NCBI GenBank assembly: GCA_963772725.1
Contig: CAVYYI010000004.1
Location: 332,774-396,773 of the forward strand
Length of the DNA: 64,000 nucleotides
Direction: 5' to 3'
DNA from: an uncultured Phycisphaerales bacterium
GTDB taxonomy: Bacteria > Planctomycetota > Phycisphaerae > Sedimentisphaerales > Anaerobacaceae
A program made the translations under genes and the position numbers. A model generated the notes under the pieces. It was not told where the DNA came from. It worked only from the letters and a program-made list of their open reading frames with translations, and searched no databases. Positions within the stretch are counted from its first letter, which is position 1. The number at the start of each line of letters is the position of its first letter. Of the stretch, positions 10,002 to 20,407 are shown piece after piece.

Positions 10002-11441
10002 ATATGATGAAACGAAATATAAACATACTGATTGCAGCATGCCTGATTTTCTTAATAACAACCGTTGTATTTTCAGGAAAACAAGCCCGCCGATAACTCT
10101 GCCAAAAATCTTTTGATGTTAGAGATGCCGCAGGGGGTGATACTCGGCAGACCCACGAATGAGTCTATAACGATGAACGTCTATGCCCCTAATGATATGG
10201 AATTTTATATCGAGTATGGGCTGGACAAGTCAAGGTACGATAACAAAACGACTGCTTATAAACTTTCGGCTGGTCATGCTGAGAATGTAAAAATCAGCGG
10301 CCTTAAACCTGATTCGAGGTATTATTATCGAATCCTCAGTAAAGAGGCTAATAAGAAAGATTTTGCCGCAACGACACAATACAGTTTTCATACATGCAGG
10401 CCCAAAGGCAGCGATTTTTGTTTTATTGTGCAGGCTGATTCACATCTTGATGAGCAATCCAGCGTTGCACTTTACAAAAGAACACTATCTAATGAGCTTT
10501 CAGGCAATCCAGACTTCATAATCGACCTTGGCGATACTTTTATGACTGATAAACTCGGCGAGATGAATAATACTGGCATTCAAAACAGATATTTAATGCA
10601 GAGAGGTTTTTTCAGTCTTGTTGCTCATTCGGTTCCGCTGTATCTTGTTCTGGGTAATCACGATGGCGAAACAGGCTGGAAACTCGACGGCACGGAAAAC
10701 AATATCACAGTTCGGTCAGCGAAAGTCAGAAAGACATATTTCCCCAATCCTGAGCCTGATAATTTCTATATAGGCGACAGCACTATTGATAAATTTGTCG
10801 GACTTCGCGAAAACTATTACGCCTGGACATGGGGCGATGCATTGTTCGTTGTGCTTGACCCATACTGGTACACATTAAAAAAACCCGGCAAAAATGTTGA
10901 TAACTGGGGCTGGACTCTGGGCGATAAGCAATATAACTGGTTTAAAAAAACTCTCGAAAAAAGTAACGCGAAATTCAAATTTGTTTTCTGTCATCAATTA
11001 ATCGGCGGAGGGGATACGGATGGACGCGGCGGGGCGGAATTTGCCAAATATTATGAAATGGGCGGTTTTAAGACAGATAACAACTGGGGATTTGATATGA
11101 AAAGACCGGGTTGGGGAAAACCCATACACCAGTTAATGGCAGACAATAAGGTAAATATTTTTTTTCACGGCCATGACCATTTTTTTGCTAAACAGGAATT
11201 TGGTGGAGTCATTTATCAACTTGTCCCGCAACCCGGGCATCCTAATTTCAAAAAAGCGGGACAGGCCGAAAGCTATGGTTATACCACAGGAAATATTCTG
11301 CCCAACTCAGGGTATCTGCGTGTCACTGTCTCCCAATCCAAAGCGACGGTTGATTATGTTCGTTCATACCTTGAAAAAGACCAAACCGCTCAGCGTAAAA
11401 ATGGGCAGTCTTATTACAGCTATTCAATCCAAAGTAAATGA
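9998..11441 (+). CDS. Second secreted metallophosphoesterase, paralogue of the upstream gene; frameshift ~10075
   Basis: ATG 9998 overlaps the upstream stop and encodes a signal peptide (MNMMKRNINILIAACLIFLITTVVFS). The body (ORF 10065-11441) has ADSH, GDTF, GNHD, GHDH. Confidence 0.8.
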
Positions 11442-11470
11442 TAAGAAAGAACCAAATTAGTTAAGGTTTG

Positions 11471-12477
11471 TTAATAGCCGTCTTTTTCTTCTTCAACGCT
11501 GCCATGAAAGACACGGTACATGTAAAAGTTGTAAAACAGCATTACTGGTATCAGAATGCCGATGCCGAAAATCATGAATATTAATGTTTCTCGCGAAGAT
11601 GCGCTTGCTCGATGGTTATTGACGGCGGGACAATGTATGGATAAATCCCCACACCCAGTGCTGTAAAAGCGGTCGCGAATATAGCCAGGCTCATAATAAA
11701 CGGGAGGTATTTGTATTTTGTATATACGGTGCTTAACATCAACATTATAAAGGCGAACAAAACGCCAATTCCCAGTGCGAACATCACATAGCCAGTAGGG
11801 TTTGAGAGCCATTTGTGGGTAAACTGTTTGTAGGTAAAGCCGGTCAATATCGATATCGCGGTTATCATCACGAACATCAGTATGGAAGAAATTGTCATTC
11901 GTACCTGTATGAAACGTTTGATATCGCCCTGTGTTTTAGCGATGAGATATGATGCGCCAATCATCACGTATCCGAATACAACGGCGATTACTACCAGCAC
12001 GGATACAATATTAAACCAGTCCCATATGCCGCCTTCGAAACCTGTGGGGCCTGTTTTGATTCCGTTCATTAAGCCGCCCAAAGTAAATCCCTGGCCCGCG
12101 GCGGCGGCGAGGCTTCCTGCCCCGAAAAGAAATTCCCATACGCGTTTTTTTCTGCTCTGGCCGCGGAACTCGAAGGAAACCGCTCTGAATATCAGGCCGA
12201 AAAGCATTAACATAATAGGAATGTAAAGAGCGTTAAGCACAACGGAGTACGCGATTGGGAAGGCGCCGAATAATGTTCCTCCGGCAAGTACGAGCCATGT
12301 TTCATTGGCGTTCCATACGGCAGTAATGCTTTTCATCATAATTCCGCGTTTGTGCGTCCCTGGTGTGAACAGTGATAAAATTCCGATGCCCAGGTCGAAG
12401 CCGTCGAGGATAACATATAATGCCAGCATCATCGCAACCAGAAACGCCCATAGATTTGCCAAAGAAAAGTATTCCAT
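11471..12477 (-). CDS. cydB: Cytochrome bd ubiquinol oxidase subunit II; frameshift ~11603
   Basis: YVILDGFDLGIG, WNANETWLV and FRAVSFEFR motifs; the C-terminus (ASSRETLIFM...YRVFHG) lies in the adjacent frame. Confidence 0.9.
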
Positions 12478-13859
12478 TTATTTTACTCCGATTGTTTTAC
12501 TATGCGGCAGCGCACTATTCATATCAGGCCCTTTGGATATTATACGCACCGCGAAGACGATATAAAAAACAGAGATAGCAAGATAGACAAAACAATATGC
12601 GGATAATGTCGTCAGAGTTGCGGAAGTGGTAAGATTTGAAACGCCTTGGCTTGTTCGCATAATATTATAAAGTACCCAGGGCTGGCGGCCGACTTCGCGT
12701 ACAATCCATCCGAGGTCAGAAGCGATAAATCCCAGCGGAATAGAAAAAACCCACAACGACCAGAACAATCGGCTCCGGTTTAAGTTTTCCGGCTTTAACA
12801 GTCCTTTGCGCCATTTCCATAATCCCCAGAGCAGAAGAATCACAAAAAACAGGCCAATCACCACCATCACGCGAAAGGAATAAAATGTAATCGCTATCGG
12901 CGGCTGGTCAGTTTGCAGAAATTCTCTTAATCCCTCAACCCTGCCTGTTAATGAGTGAGTCGAAAGTATGCTCAATAGATACGGCACTTTAATTTCCCAG
13001 GAATTTTGCTGGTTTTGGCGGTCAGGCCACGCCGCAAGGGCAAAAGGCGCGCCGGTGCCTTGCGCATTTGTCTGCCAGTGCGATTCCATTGCGGCGCGTT
13101 TTTGCGGGCTGATATTGCTGGAACCTTTCGGACGGACAAATCGCCAAGATATATCTGCAGCGGCACAAAAATAACAGCCAGTGCAAGCGACATCTTGAAA
13201 GATTTTAGAAAAAACCCCTGAAAGTGATTTTTTCGGATTGCCCATGCGCTTATACCCGCCACGAAAAATAAGGTTGTTTCGATGCAGGCTGTCCACATGT
13301 GCGTAAACGAATGAACCAGGGCGGGATTAAATACGGCGGCGTAATAATCGGTGATAACCGCCTGACCCTGCTCGAATTTGACGCCCGCTGGAACCTGCAT
13401 CCAGGCATTGGCGGCCATTATCCAGAACGCTGAAATCGACGCACCTAACGCTACCATTGATGTCGCGAATATATGTACGCCGCGGGAGACTTTTTCCCAG
13501 GCGAACAGCATGATGCCCAGAAAGGCTGCTTCGAGCATAAACGCCATTGCTGCTTCGAAGCCGAGAATATTTCCGAAATAACCGCCGCTTGCTTGGGAGA
13601 ACTTTGCCCAGTTAGTGCCGAATTGAAACTCAAGCGGCACACCGCTTGCGACACCAACGCCGAATGTCAGCAGATAGATTTTGGCCCAGAATCGAGTGTG
13701 GCGGTAGTAAATTTCTTTGCCGGTTTTCAGCCACAGGGCTTCCATAAGTACCAGCAGCAGTGCCAGGCCTATACTTATTAATGGCCATAACATGTGAAAA
13801 AGGGTCGTAACCGCAAATTGCAGCCGCGACAGCATTAACGGATTTAGAACGCTCTGCAT
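12478..13859 (-). CDS. cydA: Cytochrome bd ubiquinol oxidase subunit I; indels ~13095-13125
   Basis: SRLQFAVTTLFH, EFQFGTNW, AAMESHW and GWIVREVGRQPW across two ORFs; QYQPAK lies in a third frame between them. Confidence 0.9.
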
Positions 13860-14141
13860 TATCCCTCCAAATTTTAAATCTTTACAAAAGAACGTGTGTT
13901 TATTTTACGTTTTCAGGCAAAAAAAACAATACTGTTTTATAAAAAAAAATCAGCCAGTACCGACATAAGGAAAATGCTAATGTCGATATTGGCTTTTTCC
14001 TTATGCCAAAATGAATGAAAAGCCTGTTTACATAAACAGAACTTCCGGATAAACTTTATTACAAACGTGCCTGTTGGCAGGTGTGATTTTAAATGGGGCG
14101 GCAATAAAAAACTTAAAACTTAAAGCTAAAAACTCAAAATT

Positions 14142-15092
14142 ATGGATGTTTCGATAATCATAGTCAGCTGGAATACGCGGGAGCTTCTTGAAAGATGCCT
14201 GTATTCAATTTATCGACAATGCAAGAGGGCGAACTTTGAAATCATTGTGGTGGATAACGCATCGAAAGACGGCTCAGCGGAAATGGTCAGGGATAAATTT
14301 AACGAGGTTGTGCTGATTGAAAATGAGCGCAACCGGGGTTTTGCGGCGGCCAATAATCAGGGAATAGCGAGGGCGAAGGGGCGGTTTGTATTGCTGCTGA
14401 ATTCAGATACGGTGATCCTTGGTGACGCGATAAGTAAAGCGGTTGAACTTATGCCCAGTGACGCGGCGGTGCTGGGGGTTCGTGTGCTTAATGCGGATGG
14501 GATGCTCCAGCCGACGTGTTTTATGTATCCGTCGCTGTCGAATCTGTTTTTGTCGAGTACTTATCTTTATAAAATGTTTCCACGGAGTAAATTTTTCGGC
14601 AGGGAGCGGATGAGCTGGTGGGGGCGAGATGATATGCGGGAGGTTGAGGTTGTTACCGGCTGTTTTATGCTTGTGCGGAGTAAGGCCATTGAGCGGGTAG
14701 GGAGGCTGGATGAACGGTTTTTTGTTTATGGTGAGGAAACGGACTGGTGCTATCGCTTTGCCATAGCGGGGTGGAAGGTGATGTTTTCGCCTGAGGCGGA
14801 GATAATCCATTACGGCGGGGCAAGCACGACCCAGGCGGCATCGGCGATGATATTGCAGCTTAGGGGCAGCATACTTTTGTTTATTAAGAAGCATCGGAGT
14901 AAATTTGTGTATTGGTGCTGTTGTATTTTGACGGCGCTGTTTTTTTTGCTGCGGGTTCCTTACTGGCTGGTTTGCTCAGCGGTTTCGTTCAAAAATCGTG
15001 CCGAGCTGTTTAAGGTCTTACGAACGTATCTGAGCGGGGGAATAAAGTGTTTGCGCGGAGCGGAAAAGCTTTGTGCTGAGGTGAGCTCATAA
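14142..15092 (+). CDS. Glycosyltransferase family 2 (WbbL-like)
   Basis: IIIVSWN, VVDNAS, GFAAANN, LLNSD, YGEETDWC. Confidence 0.9.
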   Translation: MDVSIIIVSWNTRELLERCLYSIYRQCKRANFEIIVVDNASKDGSAEMVRDKFNEVVLIENERNRGFAAANNQGIARAKGRFVLLLNSDTVILGDAISKAVELMPSDAAVLGVRVLNADGMLQPTCFMYPSLSNLFLSSTYLYKMFPRSKFFGRERMSWWGRDDMREVEVVTGCFMLVRSKAIERVGRLDERFFVYGEETDWCYRFAIAGWKVMFSPEAEIIHYGGASTTQAASAMILQLRGSILLFIKKHRSKFVYWCCCILTALFFLLRVPYWLVCSAVSFKNRAELFKVLRTYLSGGIKCLRGAEKLCAEVSS

Positions 15093-16267
15093 TGGAAGTT
15101 AAAAAAATAAATACAATATGCTTTGGGGGGGAAGACTGGTGGTACCATAACCATGGGCATGTTGATATGCAGTTGATAAGGAGGATGGCGAATCTCGGGC
15201 CGACACTGTACATAAATTCGATTGTTATGCAAAAGCCGCGAGTGTTTAATGATAAGCGATTTTTTGAAAAGTTGAGCCGTAAATTGCGAAGCATTTTTAA
15301 CGGTGTAAAAGACTCGGGGGAAAAGTTCTGGGTTTATAGCCCGTTTTCGCTGCCTTTGCATCATCTGCGGATAGGGAGGTGGCTGAACAGGGCGATTTTA
15401 AAAACGCAATTATCGGCGGTTCAGAGGAAACTTAGATTAAGTGACGCTGTTGTTTGGGTGCATTGTCCGGCGGCATGTGAGGCGGCTTTGGGGATGAAAA
15501 AACGCAGATTAGTTTATTTGCGAACGGATAGATATGAGGAATTTCCGAATGTTGATTCGGAGGTGATAGGCAGATATGACCGCAGGCTTAAAGCGGATGC
15601 GGATTTGACGATTTTTGTTAATCACGGTTTGTATGATGCTGAGGCTGGGCAGTGTAAGAAGGCGATTTACCTTGACCATGGTGTTGACTATGAAAGTTTT
15701 GCGGGGGCAGAGGATAATCCGATGATACCGGCGGAGATGAAAGATATAACTCGGCCGATAGCGGGATATTTCGGCGGGATTGACGGGCATACGTTTGATT
15801 TGGAATTTATGGAAAAGGTTGTTAATTTCGCACCGGATATATCGTTTGTGTTTATCGGGAAAACTTCGCAGGATTGCTCGAAGCTGGCGGCGAGGGAAAA
15901 TGTAAAAATGCTGGGGCAAAAAGCTTATGAGATGATACCTCAATATGGCAAATGTTTTGATGTCGCGATAATGCCTTGGAAGCAGAATCGATGGATAGAG
16001 GCATGCAACCCGATAAAGCTCAAAGAATATCTCGCGCTGGGTAAGCCGGTAATTAGTACGCCTTTTCCGGAGTTGTCGCAATATCGTGACGTAGTTTATG
16101 AGGCGGGAAATCCGCAGGAATTTGTATGGCGTATATTCCAGGCTCTTAAGGAAAACAATGCGGGGCAAATAGCGGCGCGTAGGGCGAAGGTTTGCGGGGC
16201 ATCGTGGGACAGTAAGGCTGAGAAAGTGCTTGAGGAGCTTTTTAATGGCTCTTTGAAACAGGAATAA
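15092..16267 (+). CDS. GT-B glycosyltransferase (GT4-like, TuaH-like)
   Basis: HGVDY, AGYFG and NPIKLKEYLALGKPVIST motifs. Confidence 0.85.
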   Translation: MEVKKINTICFGGEDWWYHNHGHVDMQLIRRMANLGPTLYINSIVMQKPRVFNDKRFFEKLSRKLRSIFNGVKDSGEKFWVYSPFSLPLHHLRIGRWLNRAILKTQLSAVQRKLRLSDAVVWVHCPAACEAALGMKKRRLVYLRTDRYEEFPNVDSEVIGRYDRRLKADADLTIFVNHGLYDAEAGQCKKAIYLDHGVDYESFAGAEDNPMIPAEMKDITRPIAGYFGGIDGHTFDLEFMEKVVNFAPDISFVFIGKTSQDCSKLAARENVKMLGQKAYEMIPQYGKCFDVAIMPWKQNRWIEACNPIKLKEYLALGKPVISTPFPELSQYRDVVYEAGNPQEFVWRIFQALKENNAGQIAARRAKVCGASWDSKAEKVLEELFNGSLKQE

Positions 16268-16270
16268 AAT

Positions 16271-16741
16271 ATGGATAATAAAAAGAGAAAATTAAAAATT
16301 TGTCTGGCGGCATCGGCAGGCGGACACCTGACCCAGCTTTTGCGAATCGCGGACAGTTGGGCGGGGTATGAGACGTTTTGGGTTACGACAAACGAATTGG
16401 TGGCGGAAAGATTAAAACAGCAAGGTTGTGTACATATAGTGGGCGAGTGTAATCGCGAGCATCCTTTGAAAGTAGTAAAAGCGTTTTTTAAGTGTGTTAA
16501 GATTTTGCTTGGGGAAAGACCTGATGTTGTTATTAGTTCGGGCGCCGCTCCTGGTTTTTTAATGTGTGTGTTGGGGAAAATCTCGGGGGCAAAAGTAGTT
16601 TGGCTGGACAGTATTACCAATGTTGAAAGATTGTCGCTGAGCGGGCGGATGATTAGGCCGTTTGCGGATTTAATTTTAACTCAGTGGTCGGAACTTGCGG
16701 AAAATGACAGCAAAATAGAATATGCGGGGCAGGTAGTATGA
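16271..16741 (+). CDS. Alg14/CpsF-like glycosyltransferase subunit
   Basis: ASAGGHL, PDVVISSGA, SLSGR and QW motifs. Confidence 0.88.
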   Translation: MDNKKRKLKICLAASAGGHLTQLLRIADSWAGYETFWVTTNELVAERLKQQGCVHIVGECNREHPLKVVKAFFKCVKILLGERPDVVISSGAAPGFLMCVLGKISGAKVVWLDSITNVERLSLSGRMIRPFADLILTQWSELAENDSKIEYAGQVV

Positions 16742-17232
16742 TATTTGTGACGGTTGGGACACAATTTCCGTTTGACCGGCTGGTGCGAACTGTGGACGGA
16801 ATATGCTATCAGATTGCAGGCGGGCGTAAGGTTTTTGCGCAGATTGGTGCGAGTCACTATCGGCCGAGTCATTTTGATTATATTCATTCACTTGACAGCG
16901 CCGAGTTCAAAGAACGAATGATGACGGCATCGGCGGTTATAAGTCACGCTGGTGTTGGAACGATAACAATGGCGCTGGATTATAATAAGCCGTTACTGGT
17001 TCTGCCGAGACTGAAAAAATTTGGAGAAGTGGTAAATGACCATCAAGTGGCTATCGCGAGAAAATTTGAGCAGCGCGGGTATTTGCTGGCGGCATATTCG
17101 GAAAGTGAGTTGGCAGATAAGATTGAAGAACTACTGAATTTTGTGCCGCAGAAGCGTGAGGTGAATCCGCAGGCAGTTGCCGTGAGAGTGGGGGAATTTT
17201 TGAGAGAAATTGAAGCGAAAGTAAAAACGTAA
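16738..17232 (+). CDS. Alg13/CpsG-like glycosyltransferase subunit (GT28 C-terminal)
   Basis: MIFVTVGT, FDRL, SHAGVGT, VNDHQ. Confidence 0.9.
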   Translation: MIFVTVGTQFPFDRLVRTVDGICYQIAGGRKVFAQIGASHYRPSHFDYIHSLDSAEFKERMMTASAVISHAGVGTITMALDYNKPLLVLPRLKKFGEVVNDHQVAIARKFEQRGYLLAAYSESELADKIEELLNFVPQKREVNPQAVAVRVGEFLREIEAKVKT

Positions 17233-17276
17233 AAAATATAGAAATATAAACCATTTTTTAATGAAAGGAATGAACT

Positions 17277-18011
17277 ATGAGACTGAAAAGAATGTTGTCG
17301 ATGATGGTTTTTTTGATGGTGGTAATTTGTATAGGAGGGTGTTTCTCGGCCAATCCTGAGGATGTCAAGGCGTTCAGGATGCCGAGCGAGATAAATGTGA
17401 GCATGGATAAATATATCCTGCAGCCTCCTGATGCGGTAGAAGTGCTTTGTGCGGATATTCCAGAATTGAATCAGCAAAAGCAGCGTATCCGTCCGGACGG
17501 TATGGTGTCTTTCGAAGGTATCGGTGTTATTAAAGCAGCGGGCGTGACGCCTGACCAGTTGGCGGATGAATTGCGTGAAAAGGTTATAAAGCTGTATAAC
17601 CTGTCAGGTGAAAGGCCTGTGGATGTTCGCATAGTAGCGTACAAGAGCAAATCGTATTACGTGTTAGGAATGGTACAAAAAGCAGGTGACAAAGATTTCA
17701 CGGGAAGGGACACAGTTTTGGATGCACTAGCCAAATCCGTACCGACCAATCTTGCGTGGCGTGACCATATACAGGTTATAAGACCGTCGGCAGACCCGAA
17801 CAAGAAACCTAAGGTATTTCGGCTCAACTTCCACAAGATGATGGTACACGGTGATAATACTAACGATGTATTATTACAGGAAGGCGATATTATTTATGTG
17901 CCACCGACGGTTCTGGCGTGGATTGGCTTGAAGCTGGATGAGCTGCTTGGTCCTATCGGCAGAAGCTTTTCGACTGCTAATGAAGTGAATCCGGCACGGC
18001 AATATGAGTAA
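17277..18011 (+). CDS. wza: Polysaccharide export lipoprotein (Poly_export plus SLBB)
   Basis: Lipobox IGGC; YILQPPD, IRPDGMVS and LQEGDIIYVP motifs. Confidence 0.85.
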   Translation: MRLKRMLSMMVFLMVVICIGGCFSANPEDVKAFRMPSEINVSMDKYILQPPDAVEVLCADIPELNQQKQRIRPDGMVSFEGIGVIKAAGVTPDQLADELREKVIKLYNLSGERPVDVRIVAYKSKSYYVLGMVQKAGDKDFTGRDTVLDALAKSVPTNLAWRDHIQVIRPSADPNKKPKVFRLNFHKMMVHGDNTNDVLLQEGDIIYVPPTVLAWIGLKLDELLGPIGRSFSTANEVNPARQYE

Positions 18012-18020
18012 GGCTTTTAG

Positions 18021-18078
18021 CCCTGATGGCGGTTTTAACGGTTGTATAAATTTTGCAACTGTTAAAATCGCCATAGGG
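18021..18078 (+). terminator. Long stem-loop downstream of wza (terminator or mRNA stability element)
   Basis: ATGGCGGTTTTAACGGTTGTA pairs with TGCAACTGTTAAAATCGCCAT; all three non-Watson-Crick positions are G-U on the + strand. Confidence 0.6.
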
Positions 18079-18106
18079 TCGGGATTTTCGGATTATTTAC
18101 TTATAA

Positions 18107-19120
18107 ACCTGAACTTTGTTTAAGCAATGAGATAAACACTTTTTCCTGACTGATATTTGATACTTTCTATTTTTAGCGAAGGTTTTTTCGGCAGTCTCGT
18201 ATAGGCTATCAGACCGGCTATCAAATGTGCCAGAAAATTAATCGGGCTGCGATGCCGAGAATGCTCAATCTGGCAGACATTTTTCAGCGTATCATTTACG
18301 GTTTCAATCAGTGAACGTTTTCTCAACAAAATCTTATCCTCCAATTCCATCAGGCAGGATTTCATATTCTTACGAACATTGGTTATCAATTTGACGCCTT
18401 TGCTCAGCAGCTTTTCAAACAGGCCTTTGCCTATATAACCCTTGTCTCCAAAGAGCTTTCCAAACAAACCCTTTGTCATAGGCTCTGCCATCCGGCTGTC
18501 AGCAACATTACCAGCAGTCAGCCGATAAGACAATAATCCGCCGCACTCATTTATTATAAGGTGAAGCTTAAAGCCATAAAACCATCCCATTGTGGTCTTC
18601 CCGATTGCAGCCAAACCGTCAAAAACGCGGTGACGGCAGATTCGCTTGTTATGACAGACTTTAAGAGATGTACTGTCAATAAAAGAGATGCCTGTCGGTT
18701 TATCAATGCCGCAACTCTGTAAATAGACAAACATCGGAATAACTGACCTGGGAATAAGATAAACAAATCTATCATAGCTGACCAAATCGGGGAAATCGCA
18801 TCTGTGATGCTTGAGAACATACTGATAGTATGCCTTAAAAGTACGAAAACCGCTTGTTTGGAAGCCAATTATAATAGTCATAATCTCACTGATACTTAAG
18901 TTGCAATCCCTGTTACGCCGGATAGTTCCATCATCGAGCAGGTGTTTATTATAAATTTTTTGAAAAACTTTCCAACAATCATCGACATCTACAAATAATG
19001 TGGTAAAATCCAGCATTTGACGGCCTCCTTTGCCTAAGGGTCAATAATATTTTAGTGACAACAATATTATTTCCTTCGGCAGACAGGCCGTTTTTCTATA
19101 TCCTTATCCAAAGTTCAGGT
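18107..19120 (-). mobile_element. IS982-family insertion sequence (~1014 bp)
   Basis: Terminal inverted repeats ACCTGAACTTTGtttAAG / CTTatcCAAAGTTCAGGT; TATAA duplicated at 18102-18106 and 19121-19125; single DDE transposase. Confidence 0.88.
18120..19016 (-). CDS. IS982-family DDE transposase
   Basis: FIDST, GWFYGFKLHL, GDKGY and KRSLIETVND motifs. Confidence 0.92.
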   Translation of the reverse strand: MLDFTTLFVDVDDCWKVFQKIYNKHLLDDGTIRRNRDCNLSISEIMTIIIGFQTSGFRTFKAYYQYVLKHHRCDFPDLVSYDRFVYLIPRSVIPMFVYLQSCGIDKPTGISFIDSTSLKVCHNKRICRHRVFDGLAAIGKTTMGWFYGFKLHLIINECGGLLSYRLTAGNVADSRMAEPMTKGLFGKLFGDKGYIGKGLFEKLLSKGVKLITNVRKNMKSCLMELEDKILLRKRSLIETVNDTLKNVCQIEHSRHRSPINFLAHLIAGLIAYTRLPKKPSLKIESIKYQSGKSVYLIA

Positions 19121-19280
19121 TATAAAAAACTAAGGAATAACGAAACAACAATACAGTATTTTCCTTATTGAGCTTTAAACGGTATGTGTGTAAATTTACT
19201 TATAGTTAAAGTTAATATTATTGGGGATCGGTGGACAGAGCCTATTTAATTAATAATAATGATGAATAAGGGGGCTAAAA

Positions 19281-19682
19281 ATGAGTTTCGCAATAGAGGA
19301 AAAAGTAGATTTACGGGAAATAGGAAACATACCGGGGCAGGACAACAATGAAGATTTGTTTATTATGCTTCAACGGGATGAGTTAAAGAAAAAGAGCCGC
19401 TGGGAGCGTGTATTGCGGTCGGATGCGGAGGAACTTGCCGATTTGCTGTCTTCAGGCAAAATCGAAGTTGATGAAACAGAAGAAAAGGTTGTCGATATAG
19501 GTGGGCACGCATTCAGAATAGGCGGAGTCGAGTGTATGAAATATTTATACGCTATGACCAAAGAGATTATAAGCGATAGAACGAGAATAACACCAGCGTT
19601 TCATTATATCTCTATATGGTGGGACGGGATAGGTAGCTGGCGAAGTCGCTGGCTGGATGGAGAATATTTGTTGCAGCCATAA
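19281..19682 (+). CDS. Hypothetical protein (C-terminal WDGIGxW motif)
   Basis: 133-aa ORF with an AGGGGG RBS; no recognised function. Confidence 0.6.
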   Translation: MSFAIEEKVDLREIGNIPGQDNNEDLFIMLQRDELKKKSRWERVLRSDAEELADLLSSGKIEVDETEEKVVDIGGHAFRIGGVECMKYLYAMTKEIISDRTRITPAFHYISIWWDGIGSWRSRWLDGEYLLQP

Positions 19683-19717
19683 AATTAATTTCATTTTATA
19701 CGGGAAGATAGGAAGTT

Positions 19718-20404
19718 ATGATTTCTATTGCAAACAAAAATGGGGGCGTCAAAACAAAGAGGATAGTGGTAGTAGATGACCATCCTGTAATACGCGAAGG
19801 ACTTAAAAAACTCCTTGAAACAGAAAGTGACCTGGCCGTCTGCGGTCAGGCAGAGGATGCATTTGAAGCATTGGGGGTAATATCCGAGCTTAAACCTGAT
19901 TTGGTCATAGTCGATATCGCGCTGAAAAAGTTGAGCGGGCTTGATTTATTGAAAAGCATAAAGGCTCAGTCCCCGAAATTACCTGTGCTTGTAATGTCGA
20001 TGCATCACGAAAAGATATATGCCGAACGTGCATTACGTGCCGGCGCCAAAGGTTATATAATGAAAGACAATGCGCCGGCTAAAATAGTGGACGCAATTCG
20101 GCAGATTCTTAACGGCAGGCTGTATGTCAGCGAGGATATATCTGATAAATTAATGCAAAAACTTGCCCGCGGCAGCGAAGAGATAGACCGTCCAGCTATC
20201 GACAGCCTCAGCGACCGGGAACTGCAGGTATTTCAGTTGATGGGCGAAGGTTATGGTACGCGAGAGATAGCCAACAAGCTGTATCTAAGCACAAAGACGG
20301 TGGAAACCTATCGTTCCCATATCAAGGAAAAGCTGAACCTGTCAAATTCAAGCGAATTGCTTCAGTCGGCGATTCAATGGATTACCAGCCAGACCAGCGC
20401 ATAA
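19718..20404 (+). CDS. NarL/LuxR-family response regulator
   Basis: REC domain (VVDDH, DLVIVD, GYIMK) plus LuxR HTH (LSDRELQVF...STKTVETYR). Confidence 0.95.
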   Translation: MISIANKNGGVKTKRIVVVDDHPVIREGLKKLLETESDLAVCGQAEDAFEALGVISELKPDLVIVDIALKKLSGLDLLKSIKAQSPKLPVLVMSMHHEKIYAERALRAGAKGYIMKDNAPAKIVDAIRQILNGRLYVSEDISDKLMQKLARGSEEIDRPAIDSLSDRELQVFQLMGEGYGTREIANKLYLSTKTVETYRSHIKEKLNLSNSSELLQSAIQWITSQTSA

Positions 20405-20407
20405 CCT

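Noticed and set aside
11471..13859. cydAB as pseudogenes or as programmed frameshift genes
   Set aside because: Motifs are intact, there is no consistent slippery site, and similar indels occur throughout the window, so sequencing error is more likely.
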